Positions 17,376-26,059 of a DNA stretch of 57,300 nt are shown piece after piece (position 1 is the first letter of the stretch; every line of letters starts with the position of its first letter). The stretch is taken from the IMG/VR virus record IMGVR_UViG_3300049199_000008, positions 1-57,300 of that record, one strand, 5' to 3'. The notes under the pieces were generated by a model. That model was given only the letters and a program-made list of their open reading frames with translations, was not told the DNA's origin and did not search any database. The position numbers were made by a program, and so were the translations under genes. This DNA is from a virus.

Positions 17376-19169
17376 ATGGCCACATGGTATTTTGAAGACG
17401 CAGATCCGGCTAAAGTTGTCCCTGCTGAAGATTCCCCACTGCTGCATATTGGCGACTTCTTGCAGCCTTCTGAAGCGGTCACAAAGCCGCGTTGGGTTTT
17501 TATTGGCCCTGGTATCGGATGGAAAGCGTATAGCAACAATAACGCTGAATCTATAGCTCTTACCGCTGCTGAAGCTGCTGCCGAATACGCATCGCAAGCA
17601 GGGGTATCCGCTGATGATTCCGCTGAATCTGCTGCAAGCTCTTTAGAGTCCGCTAACAACGCTGCATCCAGCGCAAACTACAAGGGTTTGTGGCAGGGTA
17701 AGACTGGCGCAGCTACAGTTCCAGCATCGTATGGCCACAAAAACCTTGTGTGGCTGCTGAACAACAACTTAGCAAACATAGCGCTGTCTGAGCCATCGTT
17801 TAGCAATCCTGATTGGCAGGTGCAGTACAATTCACAGCTTGACGTACTGTCTGGCCTGTTAAAGCGCAAATTAACCCTATCAATGGAGCTTGCATTAAAC
17901 AGGCATCGTTTGTATGAAAAATACGGCTTAGAAACTAAATCACTGCTTACATTAGCTGGCTACACTCGCAACAGTACAGCGACTTATTTTGATGCTCAGG
18001 GTATTTTACGTACGGCACTGGCGAATGAACCACGCATCACTTACGACCCTATAACTGGCGCTTGTTTGGGGTATTTTGCGGAGCCTAGTGGGGTTAATTC
18101 AATAACACAACGTCGCACGTTTGATAATGCTGTATGGACAAATACCGGCTGCACAGTGACTGCTAATGCCGCCAACGGAATAGATGCCACATTAAATGCC
18201 GATAAAATAGTTGAGTCAGCGCTGAACGAGCAACACAGAATAACGCATTCGACGGCTACTTTAGTTGATAACACAACATATACTTGTAGTTATGTTGTTA
18301 AGGCGTCTGGTCGCTCTAAAGTTGTTGTTGCAATCAATAGTAAATCAGCAGTGTTATACGGTCGGTTATTCGATTTAGCCACAGGGGTATCATCTGCTAC
18401 AGTCGACGGAGGATTCTCAGCGCCTACTTCATGGTCTATTGCAAATTTAGGTAATGGCTGGTACAGGGTGTCAATCACCGCGCCTTCAGCTACTGGCGCA
18501 GGCACAAACAATGTTCGCCTATACGTGGCAGACAGTGCAGGAAACACTACATACCTTGGTGACGGCACATCCGGCATATTTGTAGACTTTGCCCAGTTAG
18601 AAACAGGATCAGTTGCTACAAGCATCATGGACGACCCAGCCGCGCCAGCATCCCAAGTCACCCGCGCAGCAGATGTACTAAGCGTATCAAGCACCAATTT
18701 CACAAGCTTCTACAATCCGACTGAGGGGAGTATTTATTGTGAGTTTGTGATGCCACAGGCTGCTAATGTACAGAGGCATATAGTTGCACTTAGTGATGGC
18801 ACTTTGAATAATAGAATTCAGGTTATTATGGATTCAAACATACAAAAACTATACACAAGGTTTACGCTGGCTGGCGTTGCTTATCCCATTGCTGGGGCTG
18901 GTTTTACATCTGATATTTCTGCCGGAACGGTGGTTAGAATGTTAATCACGCTTAAATCTGGGATTCAGTCGTGGTACGTCAACGGTGTTAAATTTCTCGA
19001 TAGCATCGCACCAAGTCTTCCTGTGGTTAATCGTTTAGGTGTAGGTACTGACGCGACAATTGCAGGGTCACAACCAATCACAACAATCTCCGACCTACGC
19101 TACTTCAGCCGCGCATTATCAAACGAAGAAGCTGTGTACGTAACAACTTATGGAGTGCCATCATTATGA
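17376..19169 (+). CDS. Tail fibre protein with a LamG/concanavalin-like C-terminal domain
   Basis: Ala/Ser-rich fibre-type N-terminus (AAEAAAEYASQAGVSADDSAESAASS). C-terminal LRYFSRALSNEE is typical of LamG-like domains. Confidence 0.65.
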   Translation: MATWYFEDADPAKVVPAEDSPLLHIGDFLQPSEAVTKPRWVFIGPGIGWKAYSNNNAESIALTAAEAAAEYASQAGVSADDSAESAASSLESANNAASSANYKGLWQGKTGAATVPASYGHKNLVWLLNNNLANIALSEPSFSNPDWQVQYNSQLDVLSGLLKRKLTLSMELALNRHRLYEKYGLETKSLLTLAGYTRNSTATYFDAQGILRTALANEPRITYDPITGACLGYFAEPSGVNSITQRRTFDNAVWTNTGCTVTANAANGIDATLNADKIVESALNEQHRITHSTATLVDNTTYTCSYVVKASGRSKVVVAINSKSAVLYGRLFDLATGVSSATVDGGFSAPTSWSIANLGNGWYRVSITAPSATGAGTNNVRLYVADSAGNTTYLGDGTSGIFVDFAQLETGSVATSIMDDPAAPASQVTRAADVLSVSSTNFTSFYNPTEGSIYCEFVMPQAANVQRHIVALSDGTLNNRIQVIMDSNIQKLYTRFTLAGVAYPIAGAGFTSDISAGTVVRMLITLKSGIQSWYVNGVKFLDSIAPSLPVVNRLGVGTDATIAGSQPITTISDLRYFSRALSNEEAVYVTTYGVPSL

Positions 19170-19405
19170 TTTACGTAATTGGAGAAATCCACAACGAAGA
19201 CGGAACGCCTATTGCTGGTTATCATGTTAACTCGGACACTGATATTCCAGAGCTGGCGGCATACAAAGTAACACCAACAATGCCCTATCGCGTCATCGGT
19301 GGCGTTGAAACTCACTTTTACAGATTCGACAGCGAACAAGCGTGGCTTGATGCTGCACAGGAGGCGGGAATTGAACATACTGATAGCGCTGAGCCGATTG
19401 CTTAA
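19166..19405 (+). CDS. Hypothetical protein (possible fibre chaperone)
   Basis: ORF track; ATGA overlap with the fibre gene. Confidence 0.5.
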   Translation: MIYVIGEIHNEDGTPIAGYHVNSDTDIPELAAYKVTPTMPYRVIGGVETHFYRFDSEQAWLDAAQEAGIEHTDSAEPIA

Positions 19406-19574
19406 CTGCTTGCTCGGTGGAGCACCTCGTTACACTCTATCCGCAAGAGTAGGGTTAGCGGCTAGACAAGGCAAATTGCTTTGGGCTAAGAAGCTGATTA
19501 ATGGTTTGTTCTTTTGGCAGAATGACCATTGTGAATACGCTATCCGACTCGACAATGAGGTGAACAGTAAATGA
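19350..19574 (+). CDS. Small conserved-looking lysis-region protein
   Basis: ALSRLLNCLLGGAPRYTLSARVG...HCEYAI pattern. Start uncertain (track start 19299, ATG 19350). Confidence 0.45.
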   Translation: MLHRRRELNILIALSRLLNCLLGGAPRYTLSARVGLAARQGKLLWAKKLINGLFFWQNDHCEYAIRLDNEVNSK

Positions 19575-19798
19575 CATATGACGACTTAACACTGATGACT
19601 ATTTCTTTCATGCTTAAGATGCTGGCGGCCATTACAGCCATCGGTATCTTAGCGGGGTGTGCCGCTATTGGCGCTTGGTTGTGTGGAATTGATATTAAAA
19701 AGGCGGTGGATCGTGTTGAAGCTAATCCGATGGCGTTCAGTATTCTGGTTACTGGCCACTTTATCGGCGCCGCACTCGTTATCAGCAGCGCCTGGTAA
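19571..19798 (+). CDS. Putative holin
   Basis: 75 aa with two hydrophobic helices, immediately upstream of and overlapping the endolysin. Confidence 0.5.
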   Translation: MTYDDLTLMTISFMLKMLAAITAIGILAGCAAIGAWLCGIDIKKAVDRVEANPMAFSILVTGHFIGAALVISSAW

Positions 19799-20282
19799 AT
19801 ACGACGATTTAATCCGCCAGTCAGCTGCCACATGGATGCCCACCGTTGACTGGAGACTGTGGCGGGCGCAGATAGAAACGGAATCCGCTATGCGCCCAAA
19901 TGCCCGTTCGCCAGTAGGCGCTATGGGCCTCGCGCAGGTGATGCCAGCGACGTTCCGTGATATATCACGGGCGTCAGGTATTAGCGGCGACCCGTTCGAT
20001 CCTGAAACGAATTTAAACGCTGGTGCTTACTATATGGCTAAACAGCGCGCTATATTTAAAGCGCCACGGCCAGAAGCTGAGCGCCATAATTTAGCGTGTG
20101 CGGCTTATAACGCAGGTGTTGGGCATATAATTAAAGCGCAGCGGATAGCAGGTAATCCTGAAGGCTGGGAGCCTGTCGCTGCGGTACTGCCGCAAGTAAC
20201 TGGGAGGCATTCGATTGAAACCATTAACTACGTACGCCGGATACGTGAAACTTATCGTCGTTATATTCTTACTGGCCTGTAG
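19713..20282 (+). CDS. Endolysin, SLT-type lytic transglycosylase with an N-terminal signal/SAR-like segment
   Basis: QIETESAMRPNARSPVGAMGLAQVMPATF is the SLT signature. N-terminal KLIRWRSVFWLLATLSAPHSLSAA. Start is ambiguous (GTG 19659, GTG 19713) and lies inside the holin gene. Confidence 0.8.
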   Translation: MLKLIRWRSVFWLLATLSAPHSLSAAPGKYDDLIRQSAATWMPTVDWRLWRAQIETESAMRPNARSPVGAMGLAQVMPATFRDISRASGISGDPFDPETNLNAGAYYMAKQRAIFKAPRPEAERHNLACAAYNAGVGHIIKAQRIAGNPEGWEPVAAVLPQVTGRHSIETINYVRRIRETYRRYILTGL

Positions 20283-20757
20283 TGCGTGGGCTGGCCATGA
20301 GTGGACGGACCGCAGCTGGGCGCAGCGTTGGGCCGAGCGTGGCGCTGCTGAGGCTACCGCACGCGCCGAAGCCGTGGATATCGCCATAGCCACACATACC
20401 GCACGCGTTAACCAACTGGAGACTGTGACTAATGACACTAAAATTGCACTTGCTGAAGCTGATCTTGCCCGTCGTAATGCTGCTGATGCTGCTGACAGCT
20501 TGCGCGACACCCTCGACGATTACGTGCGACGTGCCAGTCGTAATACCGGAACCACTACCGCTGAGCGCGCAGCAGCCGCAACCGACATTACCGTGCTTGC
20601 CGACGTGCTCAGACGCGCTGACCGCAGAGCGGGAGAGCTGGCAGCAATTGCTGACCAGCGATACATCGCAGGACTAGACTGTCAACGGCGTTACGAGGTG
20701 ATAAGCGCGTCTAGCGTGAATTCGATACCAGTGGCTCCAGGCATCGACGAGCGGTAA
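20215..20757 (+). CDS. i-spanin (Rz-like)
   Basis: GGGAGG SD plus TTG start. N-terminal TMD VKLIVVIFLLA followed by an Ala/Arg-rich coiled coil. Confidence 0.7.
   Translation: MKPLTTYAGYVKLIVVIFLLACSAWAGHEWTDRSWAQRWAERGAAEATARAEAVDIAIATHTARVNQLETVTNDTKIALAEADLARRNAADAADSLRDTLDDYVRRASRNTGTTTAERAAAATDITVLADVLRRADRRAGELAAIADQRYIAGLDCQRRYEVISASSVNSIPVAPGIDER
20432..20677 (+). CDS. o-spanin (Rz1-like), fully embedded in the i-spanin gene in the +1 frame
   Basis: Lipobox LLTAC after the hydrophobic LILPVVMLLM. Pro-rich mature part. Confidence 0.7.
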   Translation: MTLKLHLLKLILPVVMLLMLLTACATPSTITCDVPVVIPEPLPLSAQQPQPTLPCLPTCSDALTAERESWQQLLTSDTSQD

Positions 20758-22061
20758 ACGTGGCAGAAGATGCCAGCGGTGTTATAGTCACGTAACTGGT
20801 TTACATACGGGCTATACGTCCCTGTGTAACCGTACATCGGTAATAGCGCTGCTAAGTCCTCTGGTGTCATGTCAGGCAGCCGACAGATGCGGCCCGTCGG
20901 TTTATTTTCTGCGGTGTATTCTATAATAGTTAACATATCTATCGCTCCGGTATCTTTGCGCGCTTGCTGTACGCGACTGGTTGCAATTGTGTGGAAATTA
21001 GGGTCCATTTCAGCCCCAAGGAATTGGAAGTGTTCTAACGTGGCTGCCACACCTGTGGAGCCTGAGCCAGTGAATGGATCAAGTACGATACCGTTAGGCG
21101 GCGTAACTAAGCGGCACAGGTAGCGCATCAGCGCAATCGGCTTAACAGTCGGGTGGTTATTTTTAGCGCCACTAGTGCGGCCAGCACCTGCACGCGGGCT
21201 GTTCATACCGTCACTATCCGGCTCGCGGTCGACCATATCAGCAGCTGTTGTGTCTGGTAATTGATCGCAGCCGTAGTTGCGGTCTGACTTACTGGCTTTA
21301 GGGCAGTAAAAGAAACGTGCTGCGTCGTTAAGCAGTCCGGTCACTTCATCACTACCGTCGTGGATAAGGTTAGCTGGCCAGCGTCCGACTACGGGGCGAG
21401 CTTCACCACCTTCTCTTGATAAACCACCCTCGTATAGCGCACTTCCACCACCACCCCAGCCCGTAACCTCGTCACCCACCCTACACCCATCGATATTAAT
21501 AGCGCCTGTGCCGTACTGTAAGACGTTATTAGCGACAGTACCAGCTAACGGTTTACGTGCAACAGTGATCGGCTCCAGTGCGGGTTTTAGCGCAGTTCCC
21601 CATCCGTTCCATTGCTGGGCGGCTGGTGTGATAGCGTCCGACGACGTTAAGTTACCGCTGTGGCCAACACCGTAAACAGTGCCGTCATCCCTCCGGTCTG
21701 TGACGGCACTTATAACTTCACGTTCAGCGCCCGCCGCCTTATCTATAGCTTTACTGACGTCCAGTGACTTAGGGAATCCCGAGCCATATACCCAAGCGAT
21801 CATATCGCGGATTTCAAAACCAGCGTCCTCAATGCGTACAGCCATTCGGTGCTGCGTGCGGGTGCCTGCAAACGCCAGCATGTGGCCACCTGGTTTTAAC
21901 ACTCGCAGACATTCCGCCCAGATTTCCACACTTGGTACGTCGTAATCCCATTTCTTACCCATAAACGACAAGCCGTATGGTGGGTCTGTCACAATGCTGT
22001 CGACGCTATTATCTGGCAGCATCCGCAGCAGCTCTAAACAATTTCCGTTATAAATACTCAT
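20691..22061 (-). CDS. DNA methyltransferase (beta-class N6A/N4C)
   Basis: TDPPYG (motif IV) is N-terminal and VLDPFTGSGSTG (motif I) lies later. About 100 aa of unassigned C-terminal extension. Confidence 0.85.
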   Translation of the reverse strand: MSIYNGNCLELLRMLPDNSVDSIVTDPPYGLSFMGKKWDYDVPSVEIWAECLRVLKPGGHMLAFAGTRTQHRMAVRIEDAGFEIRDMIAWVYGSGFPKSLDVSKAIDKAAGAEREVISAVTDRRDDGTVYGVGHSGNLTSSDAITPAAQQWNGWGTALKPALEPITVARKPLAGTVANNVLQYGTGAINIDGCRVGDEVTGWGGGGSALYEGGLSREGGEARPVVGRWPANLIHDGSDEVTGLLNDAARFFYCPKASKSDRNYGCDQLPDTTAADMVDREPDSDGMNSPRAGAGRTSGAKNNHPTVKPIALMRYLCRLVTPPNGIVLDPFTGSGSTGVAATLEHFQFLGAEMDPNFHTIATSRVQQARKDTGAIDMLTIIEYTAENKPTGRICRLPDMTPEDLAALLPMYGYTGTYSPYVNQLRDYNTAGIFCHVYRSSMPGATGIEFTLDALITS

Positions 22062-22360
22062 ACCATCGGCTCCAACTCATACATAACGCGCTTACCGCAT
22101 TTAAACGCCAAGTCATGCTCGATATGGGCGCCGACCGACTCTTGCCAACCGGGTAACATCAGCACAGCGTCACAGTTACGGACAAACGCACAGCAGATAT
22201 CCATGTAAGCCGCTTCGGTCATACCTGCGGGCAGCGCTGCGGGGTTAATAGGCTGCCAGCCTTGGAGTGTGGCGGCTCGGGTAGCGTCGCCGAAGCGGAT
22301 GTGGTAATCCGCTATACCAGTGATAGGTCCTGCTATGTATAGGACGTTACCTGTGGTCAT
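22058..22360 (-). CDS. DUF4406 / nucleoside 2-deoxyribosyltransferase-like protein
   Basis: IAGPITG...NPA...CDAVLMLPGWQESVGAHIEHDLA matches the DUF4406 pattern as I recall it. Confidence 0.6.
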   Translation of the reverse strand: MTTGNVLYIAGPITGIADYHIRFGDATRAATLQGWQPINPAALPAGMTEAAYMDICCAFVRNCDAVLMLPGWQESVGAHIEHDLAFKCGKRVMYELEPMV

Positions 22361-22902
22361 ACCGTCGCTCCCGCCGTATTATCCATCATACCGCGCCATA
22401 AGTCCCAGAATAGCCCTGGTTGCCGCTGTGCGATGCGTTTAAGCCTGTCACCGTACTGCTGCATATCCCAGCGCACAGAGACTTCCTGAATGTAGTAACC
22501 ACGACCCTGAATGAATGCGATTAACTCCGCTCCGTTCATCGGCTCGCGGCATAGCTCGTGCTTAGAACCGGCCAGTGCGTCAAGAAAGCGGATCGGCTGG
22601 TAAAACCCTGAGTCGTGGGATTCCCAGTTACTGACGGTTATCGCCGATACGTTCCAGCGGGCGGCCAGTAACTTGCGGTGTTCGCTGTTTAATAATTTAC
22701 CAACTGCTGGCGGTTGCCACAGTGCATCGGTTGGGGTAAATAAAGACTGTGGCAGCATGCGTACAGCACCTGTATTATCCCAGTAGAAGCCACGGGCTTT
22801 CGTTGTGCCGTAGTCCGTCTGCTTTAAGCACGGGTAGGACTTACCTACTGTAAAGTCGCCGTGGGCGGTATCGGCGGTCAGCGTGTGTAACAGATAGCTC
22901 AT
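22357..22902 (-). CDS. Hypothetical protein with an XRE-like HTH segment
   Basis: ATG 22902 in an ATGA overlap. LAARWNVSAITVSNWE resembles an HTH. Confidence 0.55.
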   Translation of the reverse strand: MSYLLHTLTADTAHGDFTVGKSYPCLKQTDYGTTKARGFYWDNTGAVRMLPQSLFTPTDALWQPPAVGKLLNSEHRKLLAARWNVSAITVSNWESHDSGFYQPIRFLDALAGSKHELCREPMNGAELIAFIQGRGYYIQEVSVRWDMQQYGDRLKRIAQRQPGLFWDLWRGMMDNTAGATV

Positions 22903-23120
22903 ACGTCGCGCTCCCATACCAGCGTCAGGTCAGTAAAGCGGCTGGGGTCGTGTGGTTCCGAATAGTATTCGTTAAAGTTCTGACATCTGCCGTGTGATTC
23001 ATCGCGCCATGGGTCGCCGTCACCTATATCATAAGTCGTTATCATTTCATCACCGCGAACCCATACCATTTTCGGGCTATCATCATCTGTATCAATACCG
23101 CTAAACATCTGTTCTTTCAT
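22899..23120 (-). CDS. Hypothetical small protein
   Basis: ORF track, 73 aa. Coupled to the downstream gene. Confidence 0.55.
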   Translation of the reverse strand: MKEQMFSGIDTDDDSPKMVWVRGDEMITTYDIGDGDPWRDESHGRCQNFNEYYSEPHDPSRFTDLTLVWERDV

Positions 23121-23156
23121 TTAAAATACTCCGGTTTATTGTCAATTGTTATTATA

Positions 23157-25121
23157 CTAACCGCTTATCAACGGCTTTACAAGCTTTTCCGCTTCAGCGA
23201 TATACCATTCGTAGTTAATATCAGCAGGGTTGAATGTGGACATGTCGTTGCACTCACGGACTAACCAGCCAGCGCATATGGCAGTACGGCGCTCAGCGGG
23301 CGGCAACTCTAACTTACCCACCAGTTCCGTGAAGCCTTTTTCAGCGCTGCTGGCCACGCCACGCTCGCTTTTAACTTCTTTCTTTTTACCGGTCGTAGGG
23401 TTGCGTAAAGTCCAGATGTATTTAGGGCCAGTCGGCGGCATCATTTTAAACATCTGCCCGCCGCTTTGACTCACGTAATACCGCGTAATGTTCTGACACG
23501 GCTGACCGCCTATCTCAAGACTTGAAGCGCGTGGAACCTTGACCACATTCATAAAGTCAAACCAGTCAGTGTGCGAGGTGATATAAGCGCGAATATCAGC
23601 ACCAAGCAGTATTGCAGCTTCTGCAGCCATTGCCACGACTAGGCTGTTGTGTGGCTGGTGCCAGTCCATTTCCGACGTATCGCCAGTGTGGGCGCCGATA
23701 TAGCAATAAGCGCCTTTACGCTTTATTTTATTGTCAGCCGTCACCGCTATGTAACTGTTAACATCGCGGATAGCCATTAGCCGGTATTCCACAGACTCAA
23801 GGGTTAACAGTGTGTTCTGCTGCCACCAGTCCGCTATAGAGTCCACTGTAGCTTGATGCTCGCGCGGGTAACGCACCGTCACGCCGTCTGTGTTAATCTG
23901 CACGACTTCCAGACCGCTAACCTTGATCATCTGCTCGGCCAGCATACAAAGCAGCAGTTGGCCGTTAATGGTTATCTTCATCGTGTAAAGCGGATCGTAA
24001 AACGGGCTGTACTCGTTGTTACTGTCACCATACACACCGTTAAGCGCCAGTTTCAACATGGCGTTAATTGCCGGATATTTCTTTTTCGGGTGAGCCTGGC
24101 GCTGCTGGTAGACGTCTAAATACGTATCACAAAACACAGTACCCAAGTGCTCTGGATAAATACGGTTCGCTATCGCCAGATTCGGATAGTAGCTGGCAAC
24201 GTCGAAATCCATAATAACGTGCGTATCAGTGCTGCGGACTATTTGCGAGTCGACAGATCCATGAATACCACCGACGCCAAAGTCATAACGAAAACCGTTC
24301 ACTGTGGCAGTCAAGCCAGTAAATACTCCGCGCGTTTCGTAAATAGTCTGACCGATAAGCCACGCACGGATGCGCTCAAACTCTGGGTGTTCAAAGCGAA
24401 TGTAAGGGAATACCACATCGGCCAGCCTGATAAACGGCCGAGGGGTTTGACGCGGCTCACGGCGACCACTAGCCCGCGTGTAGCACATATCGTCACCAAG
24501 GCGCATGATAAAATAATCCTTGCCTATCTTGGTGTCGTTGTGGTTAAGGAAATTGCGCCCGTATTTATCTGTCAGTTCTTCACGGAATTTAATCGCGGGT
24601 AGTGTTTCAGCATAGAACTCGGCTGTAGCGTCAATATCGTGATCCATATATGACGCAAGTACATCCATTTGCTCATTGGTTAGCCACGTACCGACTGGGA
24701 ATGGTAAGTCGCGGATATTCTGCATACGCATGTTGTATTCCAGCATTTTAAGGCTGGTGCGTTTATTGTTGTTATCAAAGTGGTGGATTTTATACAGGTC
24801 AATCTGCGGTATAACCCAGTCGGATTCCCACACGTTGTACGTCCAGTCGTCCGATTGGATCACCGCCATAGCATAGGCGTAAATATCCTGCACAGTACAC
24901 TGAGGATTCATAACCACGTAATGTAAGACGGGATAGTCAAAGCCGATATTATTGTAACCGACAGCGCGCCAGCCTTTGGTGCTTAAATAATTATAGAGTG
25001 CGTGGCGGTCGTCTCGCCGTGTGGAAATCTCAAACCGCCAGCGCTGACCGGTTTCCACACAGTTAAACCCGATTAAGTAACAATTAGGAAACGTCTCGCA
25101 GTCATAAGCGCGATCAGACAT
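23157..25121 (-). CDS. DNA polymerase with an N-terminal 3'-5' exonuclease region (family-B-like motifs)
   Basis: YDCETF (Exo I-like), DFDVASYYPNL (DxxSxYP), KLALNGVYGDSN (KxxxNxxYG), QINTDGV (xTDx). Confidence 0.8.
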   Translation of the reverse strand: MSDRAYDCETFPNCYLIGFNCVETGQRWRFEISTRRDDRHALYNYLSTKGWRAVGYNNIGFDYPVLHYVVMNPQCTVQDIYAYAMAVIQSDDWTYNVWESDWVIPQIDLYKIHHFDNNNKRTSLKMLEYNMRMQNIRDLPFPVGTWLTNEQMDVLASYMDHDIDATAEFYAETLPAIKFREELTDKYGRNFLNHNDTKIGKDYFIMRLGDDMCYTRASGRREPRQTPRPFIRLADVVFPYIRFEHPEFERIRAWLIGQTIYETRGVFTGLTATVNGFRYDFGVGGIHGSVDSQIVRSTDTHVIMDFDVASYYPNLAIANRIYPEHLGTVFCDTYLDVYQQRQAHPKKKYPAINAMLKLALNGVYGDSNNEYSPFYDPLYTMKITINGQLLLCMLAEQMIKVSGLEVVQINTDGVTVRYPREHQATVDSIADWWQQNTLLTLESVEYRLMAIRDVNSYIAVTADNKIKRKGAYCYIGAHTGDTSEMDWHQPHNSLVVAMAAEAAILLGADIRAYITSHTDWFDFMNVVKVPRASSLEIGGQPCQNITRYYVSQSGGQMFKMMPPTGPKYIWTLRNPTTGKKKEVKSERGVASSAEKGFTELVGKLELPPAERRTAICAGWLVRECNDMSTFNPADINYEWYIAEAEKLVKPLISG

Positions 25122-25135
25122 TATAAGGTGCTCCG

Positions 25136-25165
25136 AGAAAAGGCCCGCGCGGTAAGCAACGGGCC
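25136..25165 (-). terminator. Intra-operon hairpin/attenuator between the SSB and polymerase genes
   Basis: On the minus strand: GGCCCG, 12 nt, CGGGCC, followed by TTTTCT. Confidence 0.4.
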
Positions 25166-25172
25166 GGTAGGA

Positions 25173-26054
25173 TTAGCCGATAGGGTATGTGGCTATCATA
25201 GCATCAGTGTGACCAGCTTGGCGTAAAGCTGCTTCACTGTACGCAACGCCGTTTAACAGTCGCTTCACTTCTGCCACAGGTGCTGGAGCGTAACCGCCGC
25301 CTTGAGCGAAGTTAGGAGCCGGCACAGCGCCAGGGGTCGGTGCTGCTGGTGCTGCTGGTGCTGCTGGTGCTGCTGGTGCTGCTGGTGCTGCACTCACCGG
25401 AGGCAACGGCGCGCCGCCAGTCGGTAGAGCAGGAGCGGCAGGCATACCGCCTACAGCAGGAGCGGCTTGCACACCGGCTGGCAGCACTGGAGCCGCGCCG
25501 AATACCTGAGCCGCTGATGGGCCTGAAACGATTTCTTGACCAACACCACATAACTGACCCATGTCCATATTCATGTAAACGCCAGCCTGGTTGCCCGTGT
25601 TTTCATTTGCCTTACAGCTACCGCTGATCCGGTAATAGTAACCGCGCTTCAACTGCATCGGGTCAATGATTTCCTGATTAGCGGTGTTATACACTTTACA
25701 GCCGCCGATAGACTCGTAACGGGTGAATTTAATAATCCAGTGACCCGCGTAGCCTTCTTTACCGGCGTGCTTAGGGTCGTCGCCGTTATCAATTTTCCAC
25801 GCAAATGCTGCGTTCTGAAACTCAGCGCCCTTGTAGAATTCATAAGCGGCTGTACGAATAGCTGTGAAAACGGTACCCAACTCGCCGGTTTCGTCCCACC
25901 AGTTCGCAGCGGTTTTAGGGAATGCCAGCGCCACAAAGCGGTTATACTTTGCAGGGTCTAAAGGTTTATTCTGATGGTCAGTTTTATTAACCTCAGTAAA
26001 TGAGCCAGATACTAAACGGCCTACAGGTGTTACAAATGGTTGAGCTTGCGCCAT
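25173..26054 (-). CDS. ssDNA-binding protein (T7 gp2.5 / DUF2815-like)
   Basis: FVTPVGRL N-terminus and the overall layout resemble gp2.5/DUF2815. Lies beside the DUF2800 gene. Ala/Pro-rich linker. Confidence 0.55.
   Translation of the reverse strand: MAQAQPFVTPVGRLVSGSFTEVNKTDHQNKPLDPAKYNRFVALAFPKTAANWWDETGELGTVFTAIRTAAYEFYKGAEFQNAAFAWKIDNGDDPKHAGKEGYAGHWIIKFTRYESIGGCKVYNTANQEIIDPMQLKRGYYYRISGSCKANENTGNQAGVYMNMDMGQLCGVGQEIVSGPSAAQVFGAAPVLPAGVQAAPAVGGMPAAPALPTGGAPLPPVSAAPAAPAAPAAPAAPAAPTPGAVPAPNFAQGGGYAPAPVAEVKRLLNGVAYSEAALRQAGHTDAMIATYPIG
25342..25386 (-). repeat. 9-bp in-frame tandem repeat (gctgctggt x5) coding (AAP)n
   Basis: Read directly from the sequence; lies inside the SSB-like gene. 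Confidence 0.9.
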
Positions 26055-26059
26055 ATTAC

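Noticed and set aside
19299-19349. Longest-ORF start (19299) for the small lysis-region protein, and 19659 for the endolysin.
   Set aside because: These would create overlaps of 107 nt and 140 nt with upstream genes. Shorter starts (19350, 19713) keep all conserved residues. Still, the starts are not resolved by sequence alone.
23140-23160. A TTGTCAATTGTTATTATACTAACC motif resembling the promoter cassette, between two minus-strand genes.
   Set aside because: On the minus strand the -10 position would overlap the start codon of 22899..23120. On the plus strand it would fire antisense into the polymerase gene. It is probably a degenerate remnant, so it is not called.
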